DNA of 64,000 nucleotides, taken from the NCBI GenBank assembly GCA_020184695.1, contig JAANOX010000198.1:1-64000 (forward strand), written 5' to 3'. The position numbers and the translations under genes are program-made. Origin of the DNA: Histomonas meleagridis 2922-C6/04-290x (lineage: Eukaryota; Protista; Parabasalia). The notes beneath the pieces are model-generated. The model worked only from the letters and a program-made list of their open reading frames with translations. It made no database searches and was not told where the DNA came from. Shown here piece by piece: positions 32,911-44,700 of this stretch; positions within the stretch are counted from its first letter, which is position 1; each line of letters begins with the position of its first letter.

Positions 32911-34397
32911 ATGAATCAAAATCAAGCAGCAACAACAAATCAGAAATCTCAAAAGGAGTGGGAAGCATTTACAGCGCTCAAAAGCATAATCTTTGGTTTG
33001 AATATAGATAATTTTGCTCAATCATCAAATTTTATTATCAGCAAGTTTTGTAAAGAATATCCATTATCTTATGATATCATTATATTCCGAATGATATATA
33101 TATATATATATATATATCTTCTGATTGATAGTAATAATTTTGATATATATTTGAGATTATTACAAGAAATTGAAAAATATGAAGAAAATAATAAAATCAA
33201 CACAAAAATAATAAATTTATTTTCTCAATTTCTACTTAAAGAAAACACACAAGAATCATTTTATTTACTTAATTACATGATTAAGCATAATTTACTTGAA
33301 TCAAAATTCATCAAAAATACATTTAATCCATTTTTTGTTCATAGTAATCAAGATAAATCAAATGAATATAAATATTTATTTGATCAAGAAAATATTGCTT
33401 ATGAAGAACTTTCACAAAATGACTTTGCACTTCATAAGCAATTAATTGAAGAAGGAGTTAATCCAAAAGAAATTGCAAAAATAATTCGAAATGATGAAAT
33501 AGAAAAACTTCAAGATATATCATCTCAAACAAATTTTGATTTTAATCAAACAATTGAACCATCACTTTATGAAAGATGTTCATTTATTAATCATAAAAAT
33601 GTTACATTAATTGATTATGCAGCATTTTTTTCTTCAGTTAAATGTTTTAAATATTTACTTATGAATAATGCAAGTGTAGAAAACACAGGTAAATATGCAA
33701 TTGCAGGTGGAAATGAAGAAATTATTCATTTATGTGAACAAAATCATTCATCATTTGAAGGTGCATATGAAACAGCAATTAAGTTTCATCGAAATGATAT
33801 CTTTAAATATCTTTATGAAAATAAAATTGAAGATATTAACAAATTAAAAGAATTAGGAGAAAAATGTGTTTCATATTTTAATTATGAAATTTTTACATAT
33901 TTAGAAAAAGAAGGAATGAAAATTAATAAAAATATCATTAATGAAGCAGCAAAAATTGGAAATATTTTTCTTGTAAAATATTTCCATAAAAATAATCAAC
34001 TTCCAGAAAATATTTTAGTTTTTGCTTCATTTTCAGGAAATATTGAACTTGTTACATACATTTTAAAGCAAAAAGGAATTGATATTAATGCTAAAGATAT
34101 TTATTTTAAAAAATTTTAATTTCAAAATAATATTTGGAAATTATTTAAATTATTTCAAACAGCACTTCTGATTGCATCTTCAGAAGGTCATACAGAAATA
34201 GTTCAATTACTTCTAGAACAAGAAGGAATTGATGTTAATACTAAAGGTGTTTATTTGTTTTATTTATAATTTATTTTTATAATTTAATATTTCAAAATAA
34301 TATTTGGAAATTATTTAAATTATTTGAAACAGCACTTATATATGCATCTCGAAATAGTCACAAAGAAATAGTTGAATTATTAAATTCTCAAATCTAA
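32911..34397 (+). CDS. DUF3447/ankyrin-repeat protein A; interrupted by 60-nt and 80-nt inserts
   Basis: ORF 32911-34119 ends GIDINAKD(IYFKKF*). Intact ankyrin segments follow at 34159-34248 (TALLIASSEGHTEIVQLLLEQEGIDVNTKG) and 34329-34397. Confidence 0.8.
33094..33117 (+). repeat. (AT)12 coding microsatellite (IYIYIYIY)
   Basis: Direct reading; the paralog has (AT)9 at 56796-56813. Confidence 0.95.
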
Positions 34398-35224
34398 AAT
34401 GGTGAAATTAAATTAATAAAATTGAATAAAATAAGTGCCGTTTGGTATCATCCAAAATGAAATTAATAAAATTGAATAAAAAAAATTTAATTTCATAAAT
34501 GTCATAACGTATATCTAAAAATGAAAGAATTTTATTATCTCCAAATTATAAATATGTGAACTTTGTTTGTATGAATAAAATCAAATATATATTTTCTATA
34601 ATTAATATATAAATTCAGCAAAAAATTGTCTATGAATACAGATGAAATAGAATATAATGAAAATTTTGTTGAATTCTAATATGATCAAAAAATATTAAAA
34701 TCAGATGTATGAATTGTTTAATAAGTATTTTTCTTTCGAATTTATTATATATTATATATGAAATATATAGCATATGTGATATCACATTATCAAAAAATGT
34801 ATCTTATATGAGAAAAAAATTAAGATTAACAATTTCGTTGTCAAATAAATAGTAATTTTTATAAAAGATGAATATAAAATAGTTATTCATCAAATAAATG
34901 TATATATATCAGTATATATATTAATAAATTGAAAGATTAACTATATGTAATTATAATATATAATATTATCACTTTGGTTTTAGTTAAATTAGATAGCGAA
35001 TAAAAGATATATATAAATAAGTTGATAATTATCACATAAGCAAATATCAACAACTACTTTTTAATCAGATTTCATTTTAATTTATAAAATAGGAGTGTGA
35101 ACAATATCAAATAATAAATAAATAGTAGTGTAAATTATATTTTTATCAGTGAATAAAATAAATTAAATGAATTTTTTATTAGCTTCTGGTATGATTTATG
35201 CTAATATCAGGATTATATATATTA

Positions 35225-35324
35225 TATTATTACTATTATATATATTATTACTATTATATATATTATTACTATTATATATATTATTACTATTATATATATT
35301 ATTACTCTTATATATATTATTACT
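35225..35324. repeat. 18-bp tandem repeat TATTATTACTATTATATA, ~5.5 copies
   Basis: Direct reading. Confidence 0.9.
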
Positions 35325-36317
35325 GCTGAACAATGTGGCTCCACTGTTATTTCAAGAAGCAACACGTTTATTCGCGACCATGGTATGCGACTTCATTATA
35401 CTTTATCTTTTAGCAAATCGTAGACTTCGGGATAGCGTTTGACATCATGTAGCCAATTGCTAAGAGTTGTTATCAATTTACTCAAAAACAAATCGGTTTG
35501 AATCGTCGTTATCAAATTGCTTTCTTAAGAAATTGCTTCGTCTGTTTTGGATTCTTCCCATTTTAACATGCTTTCATAGTAATCAAGCTTGATATTGTGT
35601 TTGAAATTTTCTTTAATTTTCGATTGAAGATAATTTATTGTCAAAGAAGCAATTGAAAAATCTTATATATTTCTGATCAGTTTTTGCAATATATGTATTT
35701 AATTATGCATTGTTTCTTGCACTCATAAATAAATCGATAATCAGATTAAAAATCATTGATATCTCTTTAGTAATCACCTGAAATAACAGGAAATAATTTG
35801 TTGATATTCTCTTTTTGAATGACTGATGCTATTTTATTCGATTTATCATAATCATTATTAAATATATTCCTTTTAGAAGAAATGCTTCTTTACCATTTAT
35901 CTTAGAAAAAACGTTTTTAAATCGTCTGTAATCCATTAATTTCCATGAGGAAGATGCTCCGTAAATTGTTCCCGAATTCATTATGATTTTGTTTAATTTA
36001 TTGAATTTAAGTAATTCTTGTAAACAATGAAGCTTATGATGATTCATTTTTGGATCATTTGTCTATTTTTGCAACTTCTTCCCAAAGTCCCAATTTTTCG
36101 CTTAAAACGTCCTTTTGGCGTATCAAATCCCAATTTTTCTGCTTTCCTCAGAACACTGCCTGTAACAAGTTTAAATCCCAATTTTTGGTTAATCTGTAGT
36201 ATTCGATTGCTGGAATTTTGCTCTCAAATCCAATTGTCCTCTTTCATAGAACGGGGTGCCCCAAAACGTTACATGGTTTGTTTCATTTTTTTTATAGCTA
36301 TGATTTCGCTAAAGCAC

Positions 36318-38416
36318 ATGCCTATTGATGATAATACTATAAACACAGGAGATAAAAATTTGAATAATTTTCCAACCTGCTTGAAATTCCTAATTGAGAT
36401 TGAGAAAACTATATTTGATTTAACCGAAGAAAACTTTCAGCCGTCCATTAAAAAAATATTGGAATTATTCGATTCAAATTATCCCTACACATTTAAAACT
36501 ATTATAAGTAACATCGTTTATAATACATTTTCATCAAAAAAGCAAGTATTTGATATTTACTTAAATTTTTTAAAGACACTTCAAACTAAAGAAGAAGAAA
36601 TTAATCAAAACACAGTTAAATTAATAGCAATTTTTACCAAACGTATATCTGCAGCAAACACACAAGAAACATATTATTTAATAGAGCAAATGATTGAACA
36701 AAATTTAATTGATAAAAATATAACTAAAAACATTAAATCAAAATATTTTGCTCATTATAAACCAAAAGAAGAAAACCTAATCTACCTGCGACTTGAGCTT
36801 AATGTATATGGTCAAATAGAAGAATACTTTTTGGAAAATTATGAAGAACTTTCGAAGAATGATTGGGAGCTTCATAAGAAATATATTAAAGAAGGAGTTA
36901 ATCCAAATGAAATTGCGAAAATAATTCGAAATGATGAAATAGAAAAACTTCAAGAAATATCATCACAAACAAATTTTGATTTTAATCAAATAATTGAACC
37001 ATCACTTTATGAAAGATGTTCATTTGTTAATCAAAAGAATGTTACATTAATTGATTATGCAGCATTCTTTGGATCAATTAAATGTTTTAAATATTTACTT
37101 ATGAATGGTGCTAAAGTAAATAAAACAGGTAAATATGCAATTGCAGGTGGAAATGAAGAAATCATTCATTTATGTGAACAAAATCATTCAACATTTGAAG
37201 GTGCATATGAAGAAGCAATTGAATTTCATCAAAATGATATCTTTAAATATATTTATGAAAACAAATTAGAAAAAACACAATCAATACCAAAAATGTCTAA
37301 AGATAAAACAAATGATTTGATAAGTTTTTGTATTAAAAAAGATAACTATGAAATTTTAGAATTTTTAGAAGAAAACGGAATTAATGTTAATGCTGATAAT
37401 ATAAACGAATCAGCAAGAAATGGAAATTTATTTCTCTTGAAATATTTCCTTCAAAATAATCAAATTCCAAAAGATATTTTATTATTTGCTTCAGAATCAG
37501 GAAATATTGAACTTGTAAAATATGTTTTAGAACAAAAAGGAATTGATGTTAATGCAAAAACTATTCATTTGAATAATTTGTAATATGTTTTAATAATTTG
37601 AAACAGCACTTCATATAGCAGTTAGAAATAATAATATAGAAATAGTAAAATTACTTTTAGATAAAAAAGGAATTGATGTTAATGCAAAAACTATTCATTT
37701 GAATAACTTGTAATATGTTTTAATAATTTGATATATGTTTTAATAATTTGAAACAGCACTTCATATAGCAGTTAGAAATAATAATATAGAAATAGTAAAA
37801 TTACTTTTAGATAAAGGAATTGATGTTAATGCAAAAACTATTCATTTGAATAATTTGATATATGTTTTAATAATTTGGAATATGTTTTAATAATTTGAAA
37901 CAGCACTTCATATAGCAGTTAGAAATAATAATATAGAAATAGTAAAATTACTTTTAGATAAAGGAATTGATGTTAATGCAAAAACTATGCATTTGAATAA
38001 CTTGTAATATGTTTTAATAATTTGATATATGTTTTAATAATTTGATATATGTTTAAATAATTTGATATATGTTTAAATAATTTGAAACAGCACTTCAAAT
38101 TGCACAACAATTAGGTTACACAGAAATAGTAAATTTACTCCTTGAAAAAATTACAAACGAAAATTCTAATTCAGATTCCTCTTCTACAAATATCAAATCT
38201 TCATTTTCAACAAGAAATAGAAATGAAGCGTATATTGCTAATAATCAAAATCAACTCAAAGATCGAATGTATGCAGAAAAAAATCGAAATAATAGTATCA
38301 AAACAAAAGTTGATATAAACACACAAACATATGAAAATCATCAAAATTGCAATATACAACATAACAAATATCCCCACAAAGCAAAACGTAAATACATAAA
38401 CACAATAATATTATAA
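36318..38416 (+). CDS. DUF3447/ankyrin-repeat protein B; four inserts of 40, 60, 60 and 100 nt
   Basis: Probable start MPIDDN at 36318. The ORF stops at 37583 inside the first insert. Ankyrin segments resume at 37603-37692, 37753-37839 and 37900-37986, and a 110-codon open segment runs 38087-38416. Confidence 0.8.
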
Positions 38417-39585
38417 AGTGCATTATAAGAAAAACTTCAACAAATAATTTTTGGAAAAAATATTACAAAGATAATGCATAAATATTTCATAATAATCGCT
38501 TTGGGTTCAACTGAATCGAAATTTTGATATCTGCAAATGTTCTTAAGGTATTTCTTCCGTATTTAATAATAAGTTCACTGGTTGCATCATCGTTTAGAAA
38601 ATGAAACAGTTTAATTTCCATATTACAAAAGTTACACATAAACAAATGACTTTTTGAAATTGACATGCTTGGAAGCACATTATATAAATATACAATTAGA
38701 ATTTACCAAAGTAAATATAAATTTTTTTGATAATGATTTAATATATTTAAAATATTTTTTGAATAGCTACTTTTGTGAGATTATATTCTCTTAGAAATTA
38801 TTTTATTAGATCACAGAAAAAATAAAACCAAGTAATGAATTTTAAAATATATTTTTTTGAGAAATCAAAACACCATATGAAATGTTTTGAAAATGTTTGA
38901 AGATAATGAACAAAATATATCTTTAATTTGTATATCATAAAAAATTTTTTTGGGGTAAAATGAATGGTGCTCCCGGATTTGAAAGGAATTGAACGTTGGA
39001 AGTTGTTTGCATATTCCTTATGTGGAAGCTCTCAAATTTTGGAAATTAATTCATGAAATGAACATGATATATTTTTTAAAATTATATACTTGTATCCAAA
39101 ATTTATCTAATTTAAAAGATTTTTGTCAAGACAGATTTTTGAAATTTTGCTTATATCAAAAGTAATCACAATGATTCCATATTTCAAAAACAGCCCATAG
39201 ATTCCTCTTGATCATAAATTATTTTATTCTTTGATGATTTTAAGCGAGTGTGAACTTAAAAATTTGACATATAATATCAAAATATTTTGTATTATAATAT
39301 TTTGTTTTTTTGATAAATTCTTCTATACTTTTATTTAAAAATATTCAATTGTTTTATAAATTATATATCCATTTTTGGCAATCATTCAATCCAAGTATTC
39401 ATATTAATTATATTTATTCACATCAATTCGAGGGTAGCTACCCCCACGAAATTTTCGTTCTTAAGCCCATAACAAACTATGTCAAATTAATAATTGTTTT
39501 TTTATCTTCTTAAATGGCCATATATGGCCATTTGTGAATACATTAACGTACACCATACGTTAAGATCATTTGTTTGTTTAGTCAG

Positions 39586-40089
39586 ATGGAAAACTGTTCC
39601 CCAAATGAACTAATTGAAGAGTTTGATAAAGAAGTTATTAAAAGATGCAATACTATTAGAATGAATTCAGAAAATACAGCAAGCAACATGAAAAATGCAT
39701 TTGAATTAATATTATCATCTATACCCGAAAGCATACGCAAGATGCCAATTAAGGTTCTCGTTAAAAAATATGATGGAGATATACAAAAGGCCATTACTCA
39801 TTTAAGTCACACATCATCAACTCCACACAAATCTCGAAATCCCCGCACTCCAAAGAGTGTAAAATTCACCAAAAGTATTCATGCAACTCCGGCAACTCCA
39901 TTTCTTGCTCAGATTCTTAAACAAAAGGCTGAACAAGAAAATCGATTACTCGCTAATAAATCACAAAAGCGCACTCACTTACAAACACCCACTCGTGCCC
40001 GTCCTACGACAAAGAATATTACAAGTACACCAAAATCTCGAACATTTACACCAACAAAAACGAAAAGACCTCAAAAACAAGTTCGTTAA
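39586..40089 (+). CDS. Borealin/Nbl1-like N-terminal helix protein with TP-rich basic tail
   Basis: FDKEVIKRCNTIR...FELILSSIPESIRKMPIK resembles the Borealin N-terminal signature (FDxEVxxR...LxxIPxxxRxMx). Many TP/TPK sites follow. Confidence 0.6.
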   Translation: MENCSPNELIEEFDKEVIKRCNTIRMNSENTASNMKNAFELILSSIPESIRKMPIKVLVKKYDGDIQKAITHLSHTSSTPHKSRNPRTPKSVKFTKSIHATPATPFLAQILKQKAEQENRLLANKSQKRTHLQTPTRARPTTKNITSTPKSRTFTPTKTKRPQKQVR

Positions 40090-40122
40090 TACACCGAAAA
40101 AAAATTGTTTAAATCAATAAAT

Positions 40123-40863
40123 TTAACTAATAATTTCGATATAATTTTGTTTTCCGCCTCTAAATATCTTTTTATATGAACCATTCCAAATCACATATGC
40201 ACACAACGAACCTAAAAAGAAACCAGCAGTCGCATCATCTGTGTGATTCCTATACGAACGGATAGACATTGACCCGATTATTAACCCTGCAAAATAAGGA
40301 AGAAGAGAGAGACATTGGAACCATGTTGAGCTTGATTTTGTGAATTTTTGCATGAAAAGCGTGAAGAAAAGAGATGATGAAGAAACAAGAGTGGCTGTTG
40401 TGGATGGAAATGAAAGGAATTCATTGTTAGTATCATATTTGCTGAGTTGTTGGCATGGATTTGTTGTATTTGTACCGCACCGAGAAAAGATATCGGGACG
40501 AGCTCGTCCAACAAAAAGGGAAACAGATATGCAAACAACGCATGACATCATCACCGAACATGCATGGATCCATATAGCAGAGAATAAATGAAATTCATTG
40601 GTGACGGAACAAATCTTTTTTTGAATGAAGTAAAGAATTACAAAAAGAATCCACATGAGTAAAAACGAAAACAAAAGAGGTAATATAAATTCGAATAAGG
40701 GAATATCTTTATACGGGAAATTGGAAAGAGAATCATTTTCTGGGATAAATAATCTGTGGGAATTAATAAATGAAAATCCAACATAAAAAGAACAGAGAAC
40801 CACTGCAGTGATAAATTCTTTGATTGCAAATCTCTCGGAAAAACTTGATTTTGGAGGGTCCAA
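40123..40863 (-). CDS. PAP2-superfamily membrane lipid phosphate phosphatase-like protein
   Basis: Six hydrophobic segments; VGRARPD (C1), FLSFPS (C2), YRNHTDD (C3). Confidence 0.8.
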   Translation of the reverse strand: MDPPKSSFSERFAIKEFITAVVLCSFYVGFSFINSHRLFIPENDSLSNFPYKDIPLFEFILPLLFSFLLMWILFVILYFIQKKICSVTNEFHLFSAIWIHACSVMMSCVVCISVSLFVGRARPDIFSRCGTNTTNPCQQLSKYDTNNEFLSFPSTTATLVSSSSLFFTLFMQKFTKSSSTWFQCLSLLPYFAGLIIGSMSIRSYRNHTDDATAGFFLGSLCAYVIWNGSYKKIFRGGKQNYIEIIS

Positions 40864-41246
40864 CTTATTTTGGATTCAGGGTGCCCTAAAACGTATCGTT
40901 TAAACGTCTTCATTTCAAAGAGTTTTCACTCAAAAAATAGGAAATTTCCTTTCGAAAGCAAAAAAACACCTAACACATTAAACAAAATTAACAAGGACAC
41001 TAAAAACTTGATTTACTTTGAATTTTACAAAATTTATTGATTGAACAATTTGGTAGAAAATCATTATTTTAATCTAAATCATCTCTCTCAAAATAAATAA
41101 ATAAATAAATAAATAAAACACAAATATGTATGCTGTTGGACTCAAGAAAGCATTGAACATTTCTTTTACCCTTTAGCAAACCATATTTTCAATCCAGAAA
41201 AAATGGGATATGAAAATAATGAGTTTATGCCAAAAGTATGGATAGT

Positions 41247-41567
41247 TCACTCTTTGGAAGTTGGACCATATGTACGAAGCTCATATGTATCCTTTGCTGT
41301 TGAGATAACCCGATAACGTTCGTGGAATCCTTGCTTCTGAAGGAACTTACGAGCATAGTAACGAACAGCACGCTTTGAATACTCGACGTTGCATGTGATA
41401 ACAATACTACTTTCCTTTGCGTCGGCTTCAATTGTTACCTTGTTTTTAAGATTGTTGACAAGCTTGTGAACCTTCATCTTCTTTTGAAGATATTCAACAA
41501 AGTCTTGAAGTGAGAAAACTTTATCAGATATTGGTGAAGCAGAATCAATCTTATAAACAGCAAACAT
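41247..41567 (-). CDS. RPL22: 60S ribosomal protein L22 (eL22)
   Basis: DFVEYLQKKMKV, YSKRAVRYYARKFL, RYRVISTAKDTYELR. ATG at 41567 is preceded by tandem TCACTT initiators. Confidence 0.88.
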   Translation of the reverse strand: MFAVYKIDSASPISDKVFSLQDFVEYLQKKMKVHKLVNNLKNKVTIEADAKESSIVITCNVEYSKRAVRYYARKFLQKQGFHERYRVISTAKDTYELRTYGPTSKE

Positions 41568-41702
41568 TAAAGTGACTTGAAAAGTGACTTTTGGCCCAGC
41601 CACGACGATAGAAAGCCGCTACTATTGAGTCGGATTTGATCATCCACTTTTCTGTTGAACTTTTGAAAGCACTTTTTGAATCGAAATTACATACGTTATT
41701 AA

Positions 41703-44700
41703 ATGGCTCAAACAGATTTATCTATTATTTCTGAAAGTATTAAAAATTTATATCAAATTGGATTTTCTGTTTATGTACATTGTTCTAAAGTTCATTCTCT
41801 TATTCAAGCATTTAAATCAGCAGATCAAATTTTATCCAATATCAAGTTAAGCCATAAAATAAAACTAGCTACTATTTTTTCAAACATAATTTCTACCATT
41901 GAACAATTCAAGCAAATTTGTATTAATTGTGGTAGAAATATTTTTCTTAATTTTGTTTTAACAACTCCATTAAGACAAGTATATACAGAAATTTTATCAA
42001 TAAGAAATGCCTTAAAAAGCAACTTCAATAACCTTGGACTCAAAAATGTTAGTGAGTTATTTGAAATATCAGAACATGATTTACAAATGCAAAATATTGT
42101 TGATATCAAACGAATTTTCCATATTATTGTTCAACTTCGAAAACAAAAAGTTGTTTTATCACGACAAGATGTTCTTCAAAAAATGGCATCACGATTAAAA
42201 TCAATTAATTCCTATAACATCCAAATTGGCGAAGAAGATTGTGAATTTGTTGCAATTCCACCACTTCCCATACGTATTGATTTCATATTAAATTTTTCTG
42301 ATCTTGAAATCATTTCTGAGATTGGTAGTGGTATCTCAGGTAAAGTATACAAAGGAAGGCATAAACCAACGAATCGTTTTGTAGCCATTAAAGTTCTTCA
42401 CAACCAAGATCAACAAACGCTAACATTTCGTAGGGAAATTTCAATACTTTCTTCGTTAAACAATCCATTTATCGTAGAATTCATAGGTTATACTAACAAG
42501 TCACCATTTTGTATTGTAACTGAATTACTTTCAAGTTCGTTACGTGCGAAACTTAACTCTCCTACATTTTTATCATCATCTGAGAAAACCATCATAGCCA
42601 TTGATATTGCATTTGGACTTTTATATTTACATGAACGTAATATAATTCATCGTGATCTTAAAAGTCCGAATGTAATTCTTACTAATGATAATAGAGCGAA
42701 GATTTGTGATTTTGGACTTTCACGACTTCGTTCTAATAAACCATTAACTGGTAACATTGGTACCACTTCATGGATGGCACCTGAAGTATTAATATCATCA
42801 CCTATATATGACACAAAAGTTGATATTTATAGTTATGGGATTTTATTATGGGAATTATTAACATGTGAAATTCCTTATAAAGGAATTCCAAGTGAAAAAC
42901 TTCCGACTTTAATAGTGAATGAAAATTTAAGGCCAAAAATACCAAAAAATACTCCTCCGAAATTAACATTTTTAATTAATTCATGTTTAAAATCAAATCC
43001 TAAAGAGCGTCCCACGATAAATGAAGTTATACAATTATTATCTTCTCCTCAAACACATTTTCCTGGATCTGATTCACAATATGTATTACGTACAACGAAT
43101 TTAATACGTAAACATTCACGTTCAATATCAGACCCTTATAAAATGATTAAAACAATTGATACCAAATTTAAGCCTAAAGTAAATTTAAATTCTTTAGTTA
43201 CACAACCAAATTCTTCTACATTAAATAAAATAATTGATGATTATCGACGAATATTAAAATCGGGGAAAATTACAATTGTAATGATACAAAATTTAATTAA
43301 TGCAATTAATATTTCACATATATCAAATAAGCCAATGTTAATACAGTTATTATCGGAAACTTTAATATTATTTCCAAAAATGATAACTTGTTTAAATCAA
43401 TTTAATGGAATTGAAATTATAATTAAACTTTTAAATGAACCTGATATTGAAACCATTGAATCGACATTAATATTACTTCAAACTAATATATGTAATGAAA
43501 TAATTAACATTGATTTAATTAAAGAATTATTGTTATTTAATTCAAATGAAAATTATAATATTCGGAATAAAGCAATTCAAATTCTATTTAAAATAATCGA
43601 TTTTAAATTTGATTTTCTTTTAGGTTTTCCTTCGTTTTTAAGTCGTTTTATAATATTTTCTTTAAAACCTTTAACGAAAACAAATTTATTAAATTTACTT
43701 AAATATACTTTGTTATTTATACAAAAAACTTCTTCAATAGCAAATGAAACAATTTCTTGTTTAATTTATTTATTGGTAATGTTTCAAAACAAAAGACAAA
43801 TATTAAATATACTGAAATATGTTTTAAGATTTGATAATTTTAATAATTTGATTTCACGTGATGTATGGGAATCAGCTTCATTAAGTTTTGATCAAGATTC
43901 AATATTTTTTACACATTACATTGATATAATACCAACACAATATAAAGAAATGATTTCTGTTTTATTTTCGACATGTTCCAAAGACAAAAACGCAATTTTA
44001 GTGCTAATAAAAATGGCTAAAAAAAATGAATATGGAATATGTATAAGTGATTTATTACCTATACATTTAAAAAACCAAAATTCATTAGTGTTAAAGTTAT
44101 ATGAAAATTTAATCGAAATTCCTTTTTGTCATGAAAAAATTTCATATCAAACTGAGTTCTTTTTAATATGTAAAGATTTTTTGCATACGAAAAACCAACA
44201 AAAAATTTGTAATTTAATTCGTGAAATTCCAGTTCATCAAGAAATTGTTGAAAATAGTGGAATACATTCACGAATCGTTGAGTTAATATTAGAAACAAAT
44301 TCACATGAATCGTTATGGAATTTGATTTCTGTTGTTTTCCATTTTTGTGACGGCGGAAAGTTTACTTCGTTTAGATTAATATGTCCAAAACTTTCCGAAT
44401 TGTTAAGTTCGACAAACGATAAAATTCGTCTTGCGTCTTTTTTATGTTTAACTAATTTAATCGATAAGAATTCATTTGGAATAAATTATACTTTGTTTTT
44501 AATGACTGCAGTGGAATTCGCAAATTCACCAATTAATAGTATACAAAAGAGTTCCGTTCTTTCTTTTAAAAATTTCGAGTTCCAAATGAAATCAAATGTT
44601 TCTGATGTGTTGCAACATTTTTTGTCTAATTTTAAGATGAAAAATAAGGCAACAATGGAAATAGCAAATATGTTCCTAAAGAATCCAAAATGTGATACAT

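Noticed and set aside
36027-36317. Hydrophobic N-terminal extension of ankyrin gene B, and similar extensions at 15527, 39574 and 44943
   Set aside because: These are ORF-finder extensions into AT-rich UTR or promoter DNA; downstream ATGs fit better.
37563-37602. Euplotes-style +1/+2 frameshifting at TAA as the decoding mechanism
   Set aside because: In the 40-nt insert the TAL frame is preceded by TAA TAA, and a single stop-triggered shift does not reach it.
41568-41603. GTG start or intron for RPL22
   Set aside because: An in-frame ATG at 41567 preceded by tandem TCACTT initiators explains the gene without either.
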